A stretch of DNA of 64,000 nt, taken from Octopus vulgaris. Its lineage: Eukaryota. The DNA is taken from the NCBI GenBank assembly GCA_951406725.2, contig OX597823.1:99324001-99388000 (forward strand), written 5' to 3'. Shown here in pieces: positions 1 to 13,666 of this stretch. The position numbers and the translations under genes are program-made. A model generated the notes under the pieces. It searched no databases. It was not told where the DNA came from and saw only the letters and a program-made list of their open reading frames with translations. Each line of letters begins with the position of its first letter. Positions within the stretch are counted from its first letter, which is position 1.

Positions 1-62
1 CAAAGAATAAAAGACAAAGCTGACATTAGCTTCACTGGTTTCTAGAACAATGAAGCACCATA

Positions 63-1230
63 CTATCAGGTCATTAAGAATGAAATGTCCAATTTTCTTT
101 TGCACCAAGTTTGACAGTCGTTAACTCTAATGTGTTATCCTGAGAATTCTTTGTTTTACAACTTTCAAGAGTTACACCATCACTTTTCGAAATCCAATTC
201 ATGGTATTTGATTATATTGTGCGTTTTCTCTTGTAAATCAATTTTTGTGAACGTATGGATAGATAAAAAATTCGTGTTGTTTATGAATATGAGTTCCTTC
301 GTGAATCCAATGCATCCCAGACAGCTCGAAACATCAATGAGGTGTTTGGTGAAGATGTGGCGCCTGAGCACACTGTACGTTTGAGAAGTTCCAGTCTGGT
401 GACTTTACTCTTGAAAATAAGCCGTGGTAGACCTGAGACCAAGGTGGGTATTGATGAGCTGGAAACAGCGGAAGCAGACACATCTCAAATTGTACCTGAG
501 TTAGCAGCAAGGTTTGATGTTTTGATTCCAATTGTATTTGGACCATCTGAAACAAATCAGCAAGGTAAAGAAGCTAGACAAGCGGGTACAACACGAACTG
601 AAAGAGCATCAAATGACATGTCGCCTTGAAACTTGCTGTTCTTTGCTGTCATGGTATAAAAGCGAACCATTTTTGTATCGTATTGTTATGAATAATGAAA
701 AATGGATTGTTTTCAACATTAAGCAAGCATTCTGCACAGTAGTTGGATAGAGACAAAGTGCCAAAACACAATCCAAAAAAAGCTAATGGTGTAGCACTGG
801 TGTCATCCACTACAGCTTCATGAGACCTGGTATCAACCAATTAAACAGAGACAGGCCAATTCTCTTGCAAGACAATGCTTGACCACATGTTGCACAAAGA
901 ATGCTACTCAAGTTATAGGAACTGAACTTGGAAGTACTCTGTCATCCACCATATTCACCAGACCTTGCACCAACTGGCTATCATTTTTTTCCAGGCATTA
1001 GACAACTTTTTGCAAATCTGAAGAAGATGCAAAAACAGCCTTTCGTAATTTCATCATCTCTTGTTCTCCAGAATTCTTCACTGCCAGCATAATCAAGCTA
1101 TTGATAAAATGGTAAGATTGTGTTAATAATTTAGGTGCATACTTTGATTAATTGCATTGCTTTTTGTTGAGATCAGGTAAAATAAATTTTCAGTTCAAAA
1201 TCAGCCATTTCATTCTGAATGAGCTGATAG
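63..1230 (+). mobile_element. Decayed mariner DNA transposon
   Basis: Imperfect TIRs CTATCAGGTCATTAAGAATGAAATG / CATTTCATTCTGAATGAGCTGATAG; frameshifted transposase pieces (INEVFGEDVA, HLKQISKVKKLDKRVQHEL, NEKWIVFN, QDNA*PH, PYSPDLAPTGYHFF). Confidence 0.85.
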
Positions 1231-1329
1231 ATACTATAAAGCATCAGAATTTCTATGACTAGGTTATCATTGCCACTGTCTTGTTACTAGTTGGAAATAA
1301 AAGAGATTGCAGTTAACTAGCAACCTTAC

Positions 1330-1438
1330 CTCTGTGCATAATCCTACGAGAATGCATGTGCTCCAGGGCACTGCAAATCTGAATGAAGTACTTCCAGATG
1401 GTCTTCTCGGGAATCAGCCGGCTACGCTGTTTGAAATG
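1330..1438 (-). CDS. NEK7: NEK6/NEK7 kinase coding exon (HFKQRSRLIPEKTIWKYFIQICSALEHMHSRRIMHR); gene continues beyond window start
   Basis: 109-nt exon bounded by AG and GTAAGG; peptide matches NEK6/7 subdomain VI leading into the HRD motif. Confidence 0.93.
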
Positions 1439-2728
1439 CTGGGATAACAGAAAAGGAACAGAGTGAGAGAGAAAGGTAGAGAGGGAGGGAGAGACAAATA
1501 TAAAGGCTGCATAAAACAATGTAGATGTATATCAAATATAACAAGATATAGAAGTCATTAAGCTAGCTGTTAATGAAATTACTCTAGTCTCAGAATTATC
1601 CTCTGTCAGCTTTGCTTTACAGTAATATTGGGTTCAAACACTAGCACAAATTATGGTGAGGAGAAACATTCACTTCAACTGTTTCCAAATACTGAGCAGA
1701 GCTTTTGATGTTTGAGCAAAAGTGTTTAAAATCTAAACCTAATCTGTGGGACTCGCAACTTTAAGCACATAATTTTAAATTAAAATGAGTGGCAATATTT
1801 AAGGCAAGCTGGCAGAATTGTTACAGCACTGGAGAAAGTGCTTAGTGGCATTTCTTATGACTTTGCATTCTGAGTTCAAATGCTACTGGGGTTGACTTTG
1901 TCTTCCCTCCTTCAGGGCTAATAAAAACACCAATGGAGCACTGGTGTTGTATTACTGGCCGTGTGCAAAATCTGAAACCAAACTGAGTAGCAATATTTTG
2001 ATATGCACAGCACCAATACAACGATTGCGCAATAGGGGACACAGTTTATAAGTATTTGACAGCAATGTTCCCTTCGATTTTTACAGGTCAGTGTACAAAA
2101 ATCTTACACAGTGCAAATTATTTCCTGAGACAAAAGTATCACCATCATTGTTTTAATGTTCACTTTTCCATGCTCATGCACCTGACGGAATTTGTTAAGG
2201 TGGATTTTCTACAGATGGATGCCTTTCCTGTCATCTACTGTAACCTGTTTCCAAATAAGGTCATATTTCCCCATGACCAGACATGCTTACACAAAAGACT
2301 GGAAACATAGGAGACTGCTTGCATGACCGCAATACTCATTTACAACTATTATGTGAGGTCAAGGCAAGGGGACAACAACACATAAGTGTCAAAAGTATGT
2401 GCACATACCCAGGATATGTGCACAATTATTTCTTTAGTGCAGTGATTGAAAAATGTGTACACATACATACAACTTAGGGAACACTAACTGGCACTAGTTT
2501 ATTGATCCCCAGAATGATCAATAAAGTACGATTTAAATGCAAAATGTAATTAACAAAATATAGCAAGGCATTTTTGTGTGGTGCTCTACTGATTCTGCCG
2601 ACTACTCACCTTCGTATGCCACCTGGCATCTACACTAATATAGAGACCCGTTTTGTATAATACTTCACTGATTCTGCCAGTCTACCATGCACTTTTGTAC
2701 TCCAAATAATATTACTAATAGAACAAAC

Positions 2729-2839
2729 CTTTATCATGCGGGACAAGTCTCCAGCATCGGCAAGTTCAAGTACAATGTTCAGTTCATTTTCCTCAATAAA
2801 CGATGCTAAATATTTTATAACATTTGGATGATCGAGTTG
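2729..2839 (-). CDS. NEK7: NEK6/NEK7 coding exon ([37 protein letters not shown])
   Basis: 111-nt phase-0 exon with CAG acceptor and GT donor; [19 protein letters not shown] is NEK6/7-typical. Confidence 0.93.
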
Positions 2840-3520
2840 CTGCAATGATAACAGTTAACTTGTCAATTTGTACGGGACAAACCAACATGCTGTTCACAGG
2901 CCAATAAACAAATTTACTCTTTTAAAACATCAAAACACAATATTACTTCCCATACACCATCAACATCATTTTACATCCTTTTTCTCATGCTAGCATGGGT
3001 TAAATGCGTCTCATAGCATCACACTGCTTTTTGTGATTTTTCATCATCTGGTATAAACAGCAGCAGAGACAAGACAACCAGCCATCTTCATTATTGTGTA
3101 GGTTATGTTATTTGGCATGGCCTTTAATGGCTGATGCCTTTCCTAACATCAACCCTTTCATAGCATGACTGGGTGCATTTTATTATGCCACCAGCACAAG
3201 AGGTTGTCTACAGCAATACTAATATGACATTTTGTCCCTGATGAGTACTTTGTAATGTCATTGTTATTTAAAAGTCTTTCTCAGTCAATTATTCCTTAAT
3301 GGAATTCTATCTTGGGTCAGATAAACTGATTAGAAATAAAGGATATATAAAAATCAGCCAAAAACTGTAAAGAAAATAAAAATACAAAACAAAGGATTAT
3401 ATAAAATTCATTTAAGATGATGCATACATACACATAAACTGAAAGAACCAACAACTATTATACGATACAAACAAAACAATCTTAGCTTGCATAAAAAAAT
3501 ATTCATTATCTCTCTCTTTA

Positions 3521-4784
3521 TGAAGTGGTATCAAGAAGTGCCCAGACTAGTTCTGCAGCACACAGTTGTGTGCACAGTGAGAGCTGGCAATGAACTTTGT
3601 GAGGCAGTGTTTACGTCACAAGTTGTGAAATATGTGTTTTTGTGATCACATGTACGCTGTAGTCTGCAATTTTGTCATGAACAGGAAGTTGGAACAAAGA
3701 GCCAATGTGAAATTATGCATTAAACTTGGAGAAGTCTGCTACAGAGACATTGAGCATGCTTTGGTAAGCTTATGGTGATGAGGTTAATGGGTCATATGCA
3801 GTGTTTTGAGTGGCATGGGTGCTTTAAAAGCAAAAGAATGTCCCTGGGAGATGATGAGCGATCTGGAAGACCTGCCATGATCGTCACCCCTAAAAATGCA
3901 GGGAAAATTTATCAGTTTCTGCAATGAGTATCATCAGAGGACAATCAACAACATTGCTGATGTTGTTGGTTGTCTGTCGTATGGGTCCGTGCAGGCAATC
4001 CTAACATCTGAATTGAACATACGGTGTGTCTCTGCCAAGTCTATCCCCCACCTGCTGACCACTGAGCAGAAAGAACATCATGTCGAAGTCTGTCAAGATC
4101 ACCATCAGCATGCCACTGATGACCCAGGATCATCGCTGGTGACAAGAGTTGAGTCTATGGGTATAACCCTGAGATGAAGCAGCAGTTGTCAATATGGAAG
4201 AAGCTTTCATCTCCATGACTGAAGAGGGCGCAACAGAGCCGCACCTCAATCAAGAGCGTGCTCATCACTTTTATTAATTCCACAGAGTTGTGCATCAAGA
4301 ATTTGACCCCCAAGGCTGGACCATCAATCGAGGGCTCTACTGCAATGTTTTGAAGCGTTTGAAGGAGGACATTCAGCAAAAGCGACCCCAGATCTGTGGA
4401 GCAAGAAGAATTGGATTCTTCACAATGACAATGCACTCTGTCACCGAGCTCTCTTCACTCAAGAATTTCTCACCAAAAGCAATATGGTATTGCTTCTGCA
4501 CTTGCCCTAATCACCAGATTTAGCACCTGCAGACTTCCATCTCTTCCCCAACTCAAAGGTCACCATTTTAACACCGTTGTCAAAATCCAAAGCGAATTGC
4601 AGAAGGTCCTCGGCCTGCTTACAGAAGACAACTTCTAAGCTGGATTCCAAAAGTGGCAGGAACACTGGAACCAGTATATTGCTTTACAAGGTGACTATTT
4701 CGAAGGAAATGATGCTAAAACTTAGGTAAATAAGTTATTTTTTATCAAACATAACTAGTTTGAGAACTTTTTGATACCACCTCA
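3521..4784 (+). mobile_element. Decayed mariner transposon (second family)
   Basis: TIRs TGAAGTGGTATCAAGAAGT / ACTTTTTGATACCACCTCA flanked by TA on both sides; transposase relics LEQRANVKLCIKLG, DDERSGRP, VYGYNPE, SPDLAPADFHLFP. Confidence 0.88.
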
Positions 4785-5300
4785 TATATATATATATATA
4801 TACACACACACGATGGATTCTCCTGTCAAAGACGACATATGAACGTTCAGCATCTGCCAAATGATCTGTACAAATGATTTATTTATAGTGATGAAATGTT
4901 TGTGTGACACATTAACCGACTATCTCCATCAAATCAATGTCATCTGAACAGGTGCACAGTGTACCACACATGTGAGACTAAGTTTGTTGCTCAAGAACAC
5001 AATACATCACCCGGGTCCAGAAATTAAAACCTGCTGTATGAGTCAGAGCTCCTTATAGATTATTATTATTATCTAGTCAGCTTCCAGTATGGTGGTTAGT
5101 CGACCACTGTACTTAGTAGTGTTACAAGCTATGACATACAGAGCATATGTAGGAGAGAATTAAAATAAATACCACTATAAATATTTCATTCTTACATAGG
5201 TTTCACCATTGCAGTTATTTGGAAGTCGACACTGGATGTTCCAAGTACATTTGGATGCTTATCAGGGGAACCCTTTATTGTATTCTGTTATAGAGATCTA

Positions 5301-5336
<36 letters not shown>

Positions 5337-5414
5337 TGGTGTTTATTTCAATTTTTCACAATATTTATGTGTGCTGTGTGTGTGTAAAGAATAGAAAAAG
5401 CAAACAGGCTTTAC

Positions 5415-5477
5415 CTTTAATAAATCTATTTCTTTTATACAATCCTGACGAGCTTTTGCATCAACCATTTCAAAAAT
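5415..5477 (-). CDS. NEK7: NEK6/NEK7 coding exon (IFEMVDAKARQDCIKEIDLLK)
   Basis: 63-nt phase-0 exon, TTTTAG acceptor and GTAAAG donor; alphaC-helix peptide; too short for the ORF track. Confidence 0.92.
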
Positions 5478-5905
5478 CTAAAATAACAAAGAATTATCAT
5501 CATAGCTTGCTTTTCAATATTAAACATTATACACCCCAACTTTTTTTTTAATAGTCTACCCTCAGGGACAAATACAATATGAAGGATGAGAGTAGGAAAG
5601 GAAGTGCTGGAGAAAAGTTGATATGAGAAAAGCCAGCTCCAAGAAGAAGGTCACTGCACTATGGTAAAAGAGAGAGAGAGAGAGTATTTCTTTATTCACC
5701 ATAAGGTTGAGAAAAAGAGGGAACAAAACAAACGTTGGGGCCAGGGTATCGAATGAGACGAAACGTATGAATAAACAAACAATTAAAATATATACAATTA
5801 AATGAGAATGAGTGAATAACAAAAAATGAAGCGGAGGACGCGGTTGACCCCACAAACCACATACTCACACTGAAGACTTTGCTTTCTCTTTTTTTACATT
5901 CTCGA

Positions 5906-8900
5906 TTAAACAGGTTCTTTCACTCGCAACATACTTGCTATAGAATTCCATCTTTTACGAAACACACTTTGCGACAGGCATTTCTTCTCCAGCCTTATTT
6001 TCCGTTTCATGTGGAAAACGAAAAAGTTGATTAGCTCGAGACTGGAGATAAACATGCTTGTTGCGATTCCTTTTACTCTCGTCTTCCATACTACTTCTTT
6101 CGCCATAGCAACTACCGAGAGAAAACAGGTTCGCTCCTCCCTATTCAGGGAGGTCAGCGGAACTATCTTAATTACAGATTTGCTCGACAGTTGTACTCTT
6201 GTCAAATGCGACAGCAGGTGTTCAACACAAGCCCAAAGTTCAGTCACCTTGGGGCATTGCACAATCACGTGCAGGACAGTTTCACTGTCCCGCTCGCATC
6301 TTGCACAAACCGGCGAAGGTGCACACCCATGTCTAAAGAGCTTATCTCGAACCGGTAAAGCTCCTCTGTAACATTGTCAGGCCAGGGACTTTTGGTAATT
6401 ATCCATAGGCCCCGGACCGAATGTTCTTTGGAACAGGCTGGCCAGTTGATTTTCGTCAAAGCCCAGGGTTTCTCCCAGGACGTCGTCACACTTAAACTCT
6501 ACTAACCCTCTATAGAAGAATGAGGTAGTAGCCCCGCCACCGGCGTTGCCCGACTGGGAGAGAAGCACGAGTGCCTGATGGCACTCTACATGCCACACGC
6601 CCAACCTCGGTCTACACTTGATCCATGGGTTCAGTTTGGTAAATGATGTGAACTGTGGAAATAACAGCTTGACGAACGGAGACCACCACTGCTCACCGTC
6701 CAGGTAAAGCCAGAGGTGCCTAAGCCTGAGCGCATATCTACGCATTTTTAGCCATGGCATCCCTAACCCACCCTTCAGCGGCTTTTGGCAGCAAATAGAG
6801 TGCCTTACAAGAGGTCTGCTGCCCCTCCACAAAAAGTGAAAGAGCATGTGTTTCCAGCTTGTTCAGCCACGAATCGGGGCAAGGCACGATGGTCAGGTGG
6901 TAAGTGATTACAGAGGCGATAAACACCTCTGCAACCTCCACCCTCCCTTTTAAGGACAGCTTCCGCTCAGACCAGGTCTGAGTTAGGAGAGCCACCTCGC
7001 TCCAATTCTTCTATCTGGAGATCTGGACCTAACCAGATTCCAAGCATTTTCACTGGCCCTTCCGTCCAACGTCCTACGACGCTGTCGGAAGACATCGACT
7101 TGCCCCTCCAGGTGCCGAGTTGCAAGCCAACCGATTTATTCCGGTTGACTTTCGCTCCTGCCACTGCTTCGTAGTCCCTTAAGGCCTCAGCCACCCACTG
7201 TAGGTGCTTGACTCGGGATACGATGACGGTGATGTCGTCCGCATACGCCGAAGCTGACTTTCCGCACCCTAGATCTTGCGGAGTGCCCCTCATAGTTTCC
7301 AACCTCCTCAGCAACGGCTCGAGGGCCAAAACGTAGAGAAGCAGGGAGAGAGGACACCCTTGATGTACTGAACGTTCAATGCAGAATGGCTCCGAAAAGA
7401 AACCATTCACCCGAACTACCAATTCGATGTTGCTGTATAAAGCGTTGATTCATCCGCGGAAGGTCGGGCCGAAGCCAGCCGCCGTGAGGACCGCCGCCAG
7501 ATACTGATGGTCCACCCTATCGAACGCTTTCGATTGGTCCAAGTGGACCATAGCCCCACCCTTGCCAGGAATCCTATTTACCCTTTCTAAGGCATAGCAT
7601 AGAAAGTGGAGATTGTTGTGGATGGTCCTTCCAGGGATGGCGCAAGTTTGCGCCTCGCCAACAAGTTCACCCACGACCTGCGCCAACCTTTTTGCTAAGA
7701 CCTTGGCCAAAATCTTCAACTCTGCGTTAAGCAGAGTGATGGGCCGAAAATTATCAATTAAATCCCCCAGTTTGGGTCCTTTCTTAACAGCACTACCACC
7801 CCTCGGCTCACAGACTTAGGAATTCTCCCGTTCTGCTGCCAGTTGGTGTACACGCATGCAAGTAGGTACCCAAACAAGTCTGGCATGCTACTATAGAGTT
7901 CATAAGGCAGACTATCGAGTCCCCGCCGCAGTCTGCCAACACGTCCTCAACTTCTTTGGCTGTGATCGGCGCCTCACAAGATTCCGTGTCCGGCCTCGAT
8001 AGACGCGGCGAACTGGCTAGGAAGTCTGCGAGCTTCTCCCAAATAGCTGGGCAAAATGATTGTGAAACACCTTGCACATCTCCTCGGGTTCGTTTACTAA
8101 TCGACCATTTAAGCCCGTCAAAGATTGAATGGTTGAGTTGTTGCCACACTGGCCCTCTACCACCCGGCTGCGTTGATCCCTTCCTGTCTCATTGCACGGA
8201 TCTTAGCCCTGACAATGCACTCTTCATGTTTAGCTTTGAGATGTTGGTCAAGTGCCAACCTCGCCGCTAACACTTTTGATGCACTGCCTGACCTCATTGC
8301 TTCATCTATTGCCTTAACTAGTTCCTTTTCTACTTTGTTTCTAGCACTAGCTAGTTCTTTGCTAAATGTAACTGACTCAAATTTGATGGCTCTTTTCAGG
8401 GCGTACCACCATTTGTTGTTGATAATGGATCCGGTTAACGTCTTCATTATTAATTGTTTAATCCGATTCCTGTAAGCTTCAGTCCAATAGCGACTTGTTT
8501 AGCTTCCAGTAACCGGTTCCTCGTCTACACATGCTATCTATGTCGAGCATACAGGTTACTAATTTGTGATCGCTGTAGCTGACGATATGGTGTTGTGGAC
8601 AGCTAAGTATTTTCTTATCTTTCCTTCTAGTTATGATTCTATCTATGTAAGATCTGGACGACCCGTCGTTTGATTGCCCAGGTCCACACTGGAGTGCCTG
8701 GGTGGTCCAGTCTGAATCGATCTGCCAATTCGAAACGACTTAGCTGATCGTTGAGGTAATCCCCTCCTATTCTTTCTCGAGCCAACATAATCTACGCGTG
8801 CATCACAAATTATGTTGAAGTCACCTAGCAATACTAACGTGTTCGACGTGCCAAGAAAATTCTCTAGGCTTTTGAAATACTCTTTCTGCCCAGCTTTTCC

Positions 8901-9243
8901 TTCGGAGGGAGCATAGACAGCAACCAGCCTGAACACTTTACCACTGCTGTGTGTCACATCCAAAACGACCAACCTGCCTTCCGGATCTATAAAAACAGTT
9001 CTAATCTCTAAATCCAGGTTTTTCCTGACCAGCACTGCCACTCCTCCGCCCCCTCCAGGTCGACAGGGAGAAACGTATTTCTTGTAGCCGTTTAGAAGGG
9101 GCGAAAAAGCCTGCAGCCCAATCAGTCTGGATTCGGTAATTACCACTACATCCAAACGATGCGACCTAAGGTCGTTAAGGAGGTAGCCTTGCTTCCAATA
9201 CGACCCCAGGCCGCAAATATTTATACAGCCGAGTTTAAACGAG
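5906..9243 (-). pseudogene. Tx1 ORF2 (APE endonuclease-reverse transcriptase), frameshifted
   Basis: LGCINICGL, VVVITE, VAVYAPS, LLGDFN, FRPITLLN, LDQSKAFDRVDH, VHQGCPLS, AYADD in consecutive broken frames. Confidence 0.9.
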
Positions 9244-9273
9244 AATGTGAAAAATTAGTTGAATGTTTAAAAC

Positions 9274-10769
9274 TTACTGTTTTAACGGAAGAGAGGGTGT
9301 TGTTTCACCCTCCTCTTTTCTGTCTGTGAGTGTTGTGTTTTGTGAGATCATTTTTTTCTTGAATTGCCTGTACAGATGGCTCGAAAAGTTCATCTGTAAC
9401 GGGCCGACGTCCTCCGCAAAAGATTTTTTTAGTTCAAAATAGTCAGAGTTATCTATAGTATAAAATTCAACATTTTCAGAAATAGTATTATTTACATCTG
9501 TTGCGATATATTTTTTCGCCGATTTCATTAAAATAATTTTTTTCTCTTAATAGTTTATTATTTTTATTTATCGCCATGAAGGTGTTTCTTTTTTTTTATG
9601 TTAGGTGATTGTGGAGGGGTGTATGAGTGTGTGTTTGTGGGGGGTGTGTGTGCTTGTAGAAGCGTGGGTGTTTGTAGGTGTGTGTGCTTTTTCCAGTGTG
9701 TGTGTGGGTGCGCTTGTCTGTCTCGGAGCATAGTCCTGTGTATCCGAAGAGGGTGGGTTTTTTGTTTCCGTCTTCTTTTTGAAGGTTCTATGGTGACCCA
9801 CTCCTGGATGTTGTTGTTGTCATTGTTTTCTCCCGCTATTTCTAGCGGTGTGGTTGTTGTCTTCGGCGTTGTGCTTGGCTCTTCTGCAGCATTTTCTTTG
9901 GTTGTCTTCTTCTTACAGCTCGACCTTATGTGGCCTTTCTCGCCACATTTGTAACACCTGGGCTTTCTCTCCTCGACTACTACCATCATGCTGGTATTTT
10001 CTCCAATGGTGAGGGAACTGGGCAATCTTTCTAAGTCTGAGGAGTTTGCTTGGATCACAAGCTCTAAATCCTGTCCAAACCAGTTCATGTGGCGATATCT
10101 CTTAGACTGAAGAATGGCAATTTCTTCCTCTTTGCCTAAGAGAATCGCTGCTATGACAAAGGCTACATCTATTTCGGGTGGAATATCTGTGATCGTTATT
10201 TTCGATGTTCTCTTTCTTAAATAAATTGGAAGGAGAACTACATCTTCCGACTTCAATGTTCTTGTTGAATGTTCCCTAGCTTTTTCTTCGCTAGGGAAAC
10301 ACACCTCTACAGTGCCGAAGCGACTACCCCTCGTTATATAACATGTCTGTTGCCATATTGGCCTCAAGCATTTTTCTATCACTTCCCTCGGTACGAAGTC
10401 AATTTTCCTATTTTTCACATGATATGTTTTGTATATTACAGTCTTCCTCTCCGTCGCGTAAATTAATTCACTGGGAGGGAACAACTTCACATTATCACCT
10501 TCTCTTTTTAATAAACTTTGGCACTTCTTTAATTCTTCCTGATTTATAACTATATTATCACAGGGGCAAGTTGCTGCACTCGCAAAATTTATTTTTGACT
10601 TTTCCTGTTGTTTAGTAGCCTTGCTAGACATCTTGTCGTCTGCTTTTGTAACGCACGCGTGAGACGCCTCTTTACTTTCACCTTCCTCCTCCCACATATT
10701 TGCCTTCATGCCTTCAAACAAATTTTCAACGTTTTCCTCTGACTCGGAAGAAATTGGTTGCAAATTCAT
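9274..10769 (-). pseudogene. Tx1 ORF1 (gag-like, CYKCGEKGHIRSSC zinc knuckle), C-terminus frameshifted
   Basis: Long open frame 9564-10769 with CX2CX4HX4C; 9274-9528 frame resembles the ORF1 end of the copy at 17.2 kb (DVGPL..NFS vs DVGSL..NFS). Confidence 0.85.
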
Positions 10770-11091
10770 GTTTTTCGTCACTTCCCCCTTGAAACAAGGG
10801 GGATATAACAGCAAAACTCTGCTGCAACAGCAGAAAAGAAGTGGTCTCGACGACCAAAACAGCAAATTTTCAAACTTTTCAGCACAAAAACAATCTTTCA
10901 CTGCAGAGCAAAGAATAACACGACCGATCAGAGAGAGAGAACATGCCTATTGAGTCAGAGGTTTGAACTTACTGGTGAGCAGAAACAAGAGAACTTTTTT
11001 TATATAAACATCAAATAAGGAAGAAAGCAAGAAAATATAGAACTTCAAAAATGAATTAAAAAATTCAAGACAAATAATTCTAAAGTTTTAC

Positions 11092-11253
11092 CTGAACTTT
11101 TTTCAAAGCAACTACACTTCCATTTGGTCTTGATCTGGCCCTGTACACTTCTGAAAACTGACCCTTACCAATTTTCTTCTCAACATCAAAATTGGCAAGC
11201 ATACTTCGGCCATTCTCTTGAGAAATGGTGACATTCAGAGATAGTGGTTCCAT
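11092..11253 (-). CDS. NEK7: NEK6/NEK7 first coding exon (MEPLSLNVTISQENGRSMLANFDVEKKIGKGQFSEVYRARSRPNGSVVALKKVQ)
   Basis: ATG at 11253, 9 nt after a TACAG acceptor; Gly loop IGKGQFSEVY and VALKK lysine; GTAAAA donor; frames join with the three downstream exons. Confidence 0.9.
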
Positions 11254-11413
11254 TGAGAAGATCTGTAAATATAAATAATTTACTTACAAAAAGAATGAAA
11301 ACTGTATAGCCATCACATTTTTGTTGTCTATATTTGCACCATGTACAGTGAGATGTGAAACAATGATTTCCATATTTATTGCAAAAAAATCCCAACAGAT
11401 TTGAATGTGTATG

Positions 11414-11585
11414 TCATCATCATCATCATTTAACGTCCGCTTTCCATGCTAGCATGGGTTGGACGATTTGACTGAGGACTGGCAAACCAGACGGCTGCAC
11501 CAGGCTCCAGTCTGATCTGGCAGAGTTTCTACAGCTGGATGCCCTTCCTAACGCCAACCACTGTGAGAGTCTAGTGGGTGCTTTT
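11414..11585 (-). mobile_element. Short element sharing the RTE LINE 3' end with (GAT)n tail
   Basis: (CAT)n-TTTAACGTCCGCTTTCCATGCTAGCATGGG matches the RTE 3' ends at 31.7 and 48.6 kb; related copies near 2.15, 2.96, 26.8, 28.4, 51.8, 52.1 and 63.8 kb. Confidence 0.8.
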
Positions 11586-13332
11586 AAGATGTATTAAGAA
11601 TAAATATGAAAATCAACATTACAGACACACATATATACATATACATGACTGCCATTACAGAAGGCTCACCATGTATCTGATCTGTACATGTATGTGTGTA
11701 AATGGGTAAACTTTTCCAGAAAACTGGAAATCTCCTTTCTCCATGTTACTAATGTTCATTCAAAGGAAATATCGAGAAAAAGAAGCACATCCCAGATGGA
11801 ATAATATAAGAAAATATAATAAAGTGCTGTGAAAACAAGGTCCCATTTGATTAAAATAATCTATTCTTTATTCTTAAAGAGGTTGTAAAACACCATTCTG
11901 TGAAAGATGATTCTGAGCAACAAAAAGTTGGGAGCTACTGGACAAACCAATACTTAAGAATGTAAACAAACACTTCTCCCTTTAAATTCTAGTTATATTT
12001 ATCCATCTGTCAATCCTTATCCCCATTTTCTATCCCCTGGGGATTCTGAGATATACCTTGCCTTTTCTATCAATTGTAAATCCATTCATACCTAATATGC
12101 ATTATAGGAATATTAATCGACCACAGTGTTTAATTAGTACTTTATTTTATCGACCTCAGTAAGATGAAAGGTGAAGTTGACTCCAGCATGGTTTGATCTC
12201 AGACCATATAGGCTGTAACTAAAACTATCACACAGCAATGTGTGTGACACTAACAATTCTGCCCATCCCCCTTAATCTACTGCTTCTGATCAATACAGAC
12301 TATTTGATATCCTCACAAACTCTAGAAATGATGATAAAGTTATAAAAATTTTGGTTAATAAAATTACAAAAGGAAAAAGTTCAAGAAGTTGTGAGCTGAA
12401 GAAGAAACCAAATACAGGGCTGTTCGATATGATAGAATTTTCCTCAAGTCACATCTCGCTGTCTTGGGAGATTCGGTATATTGATGTAATTTTTCATGCT
12501 GAATCTCGGGGCCTAATTCACTTGTCCCAGAAATTGTTTTAAAAAAAGTTACAGAGGTTTAAAGTTTGACAATTTTTATTCAGTCAGAAAACAGGATTTG
12601 GAAACTATCATTTTGTGCGTGACTGCAATCCTAAGGCGACAAAACAATAATGTCGACACTGCGATGGTAGCACGTAGTCTAAGCATTTAATAAGCAAAAA
12701 AATGAGTAAACAACACACACTTTGTAGTTTTACGCATTCAATATGCATTTAATGCGGAAAAAAAGAACACATTTTGTATATTTAAGAGTAGAAAAACAGC
12801 GTAAAATATCAGTTAGTAAACACGTTTTTTCGTAAGCATTTGGTTTGTTACTATGGAAACAGTCCGTGGCTTTCGATTAGCTAAAATTACGCAAAATTGC
12901 AAACTTTAAAAGCTATCAACTGCTTATTTATTGATTTATTGCGAAAATGAATTCCATGTCAATAACGAGCATACAAAGCCCCAATAAATTTGAAATCAAT
13001 TGAAACAAAATTAAAGAAATTGAAAAGTGACAACCAAACAGGGAAGATCCAAATTAGGACACATTGGAAACGTCCCACTTTAAAAGTGCCCACAACCAGA
13101 ATATCTTCGATAAAGTCTCCTCGATCAGGGTTGACATGGGATTAAAAACAACAGCAACAACGTCTACAACCGTAAGCTATAAAATAAGAGTCGGTGTGAG
13201 AGGTGGAGGGAACATCCCTTAATCTATTAAAACTTACTGTTGGGTATAATTTCTGATTAGGCACAAGAGGAAAAGAAGAACACTTGACTGGCAACTTTAT
13301 TTTAGCAACACCAAAAGGATTGGAAGGTATCG

Positions 13333-13550
13333 GGTACTATTTAAGAAGAGTGGTCCCGGTGCGCGCACTCGCGCCAGCTAGTCGTGACTAGTCGAACCTA
13401 CGACTACCTAGCAAAGTAAATAACACACAAAATAAATAATTTTTTTAACAAAATAACACACAAAAACACCAAGTAAGGATCGACTAGTCATGACTAGCTA
13501 GCGCGGATGCGCGAGTACGCGCACCGGGACCACTGTTCTCAAGTAGTACC
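13333..13550. mobile_element. Fold-back MITE with GGTACTAC termini
   Basis: About 70-bp imperfect inverted arms GGTACTATTTAAGAAGAGTGGTCCCGGTGCGCG.. / ..GCGCACCGGGACCACTGTTCTCAAGTAGTACC; no TSD visible. Confidence 0.75.
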
Positions 13551-13666
13551 GATTATTCATTATGTAATTTAATAGTTCTATTTTAGATAAATTAATAGAA
13601 CTATTTAGACATATTGTTAAGAAATGTCAGTTGGTTAGAGATGAAGTGTTAAAGTGTAATATATAC

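Larger units (their letters stand above)
5685..10929 (-). mobile_element. Full-length decayed Tx1/L1-clade non-LTR retrotransposon inside a NEK7 intron
   Basis: ORF1 with CCHC knuckle, ORF2 with APE endonuclease, RT and C-terminal zinc motif; 3' end AATAAAGAAATA; (AG)n on both flanks. Confidence 0.92.
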
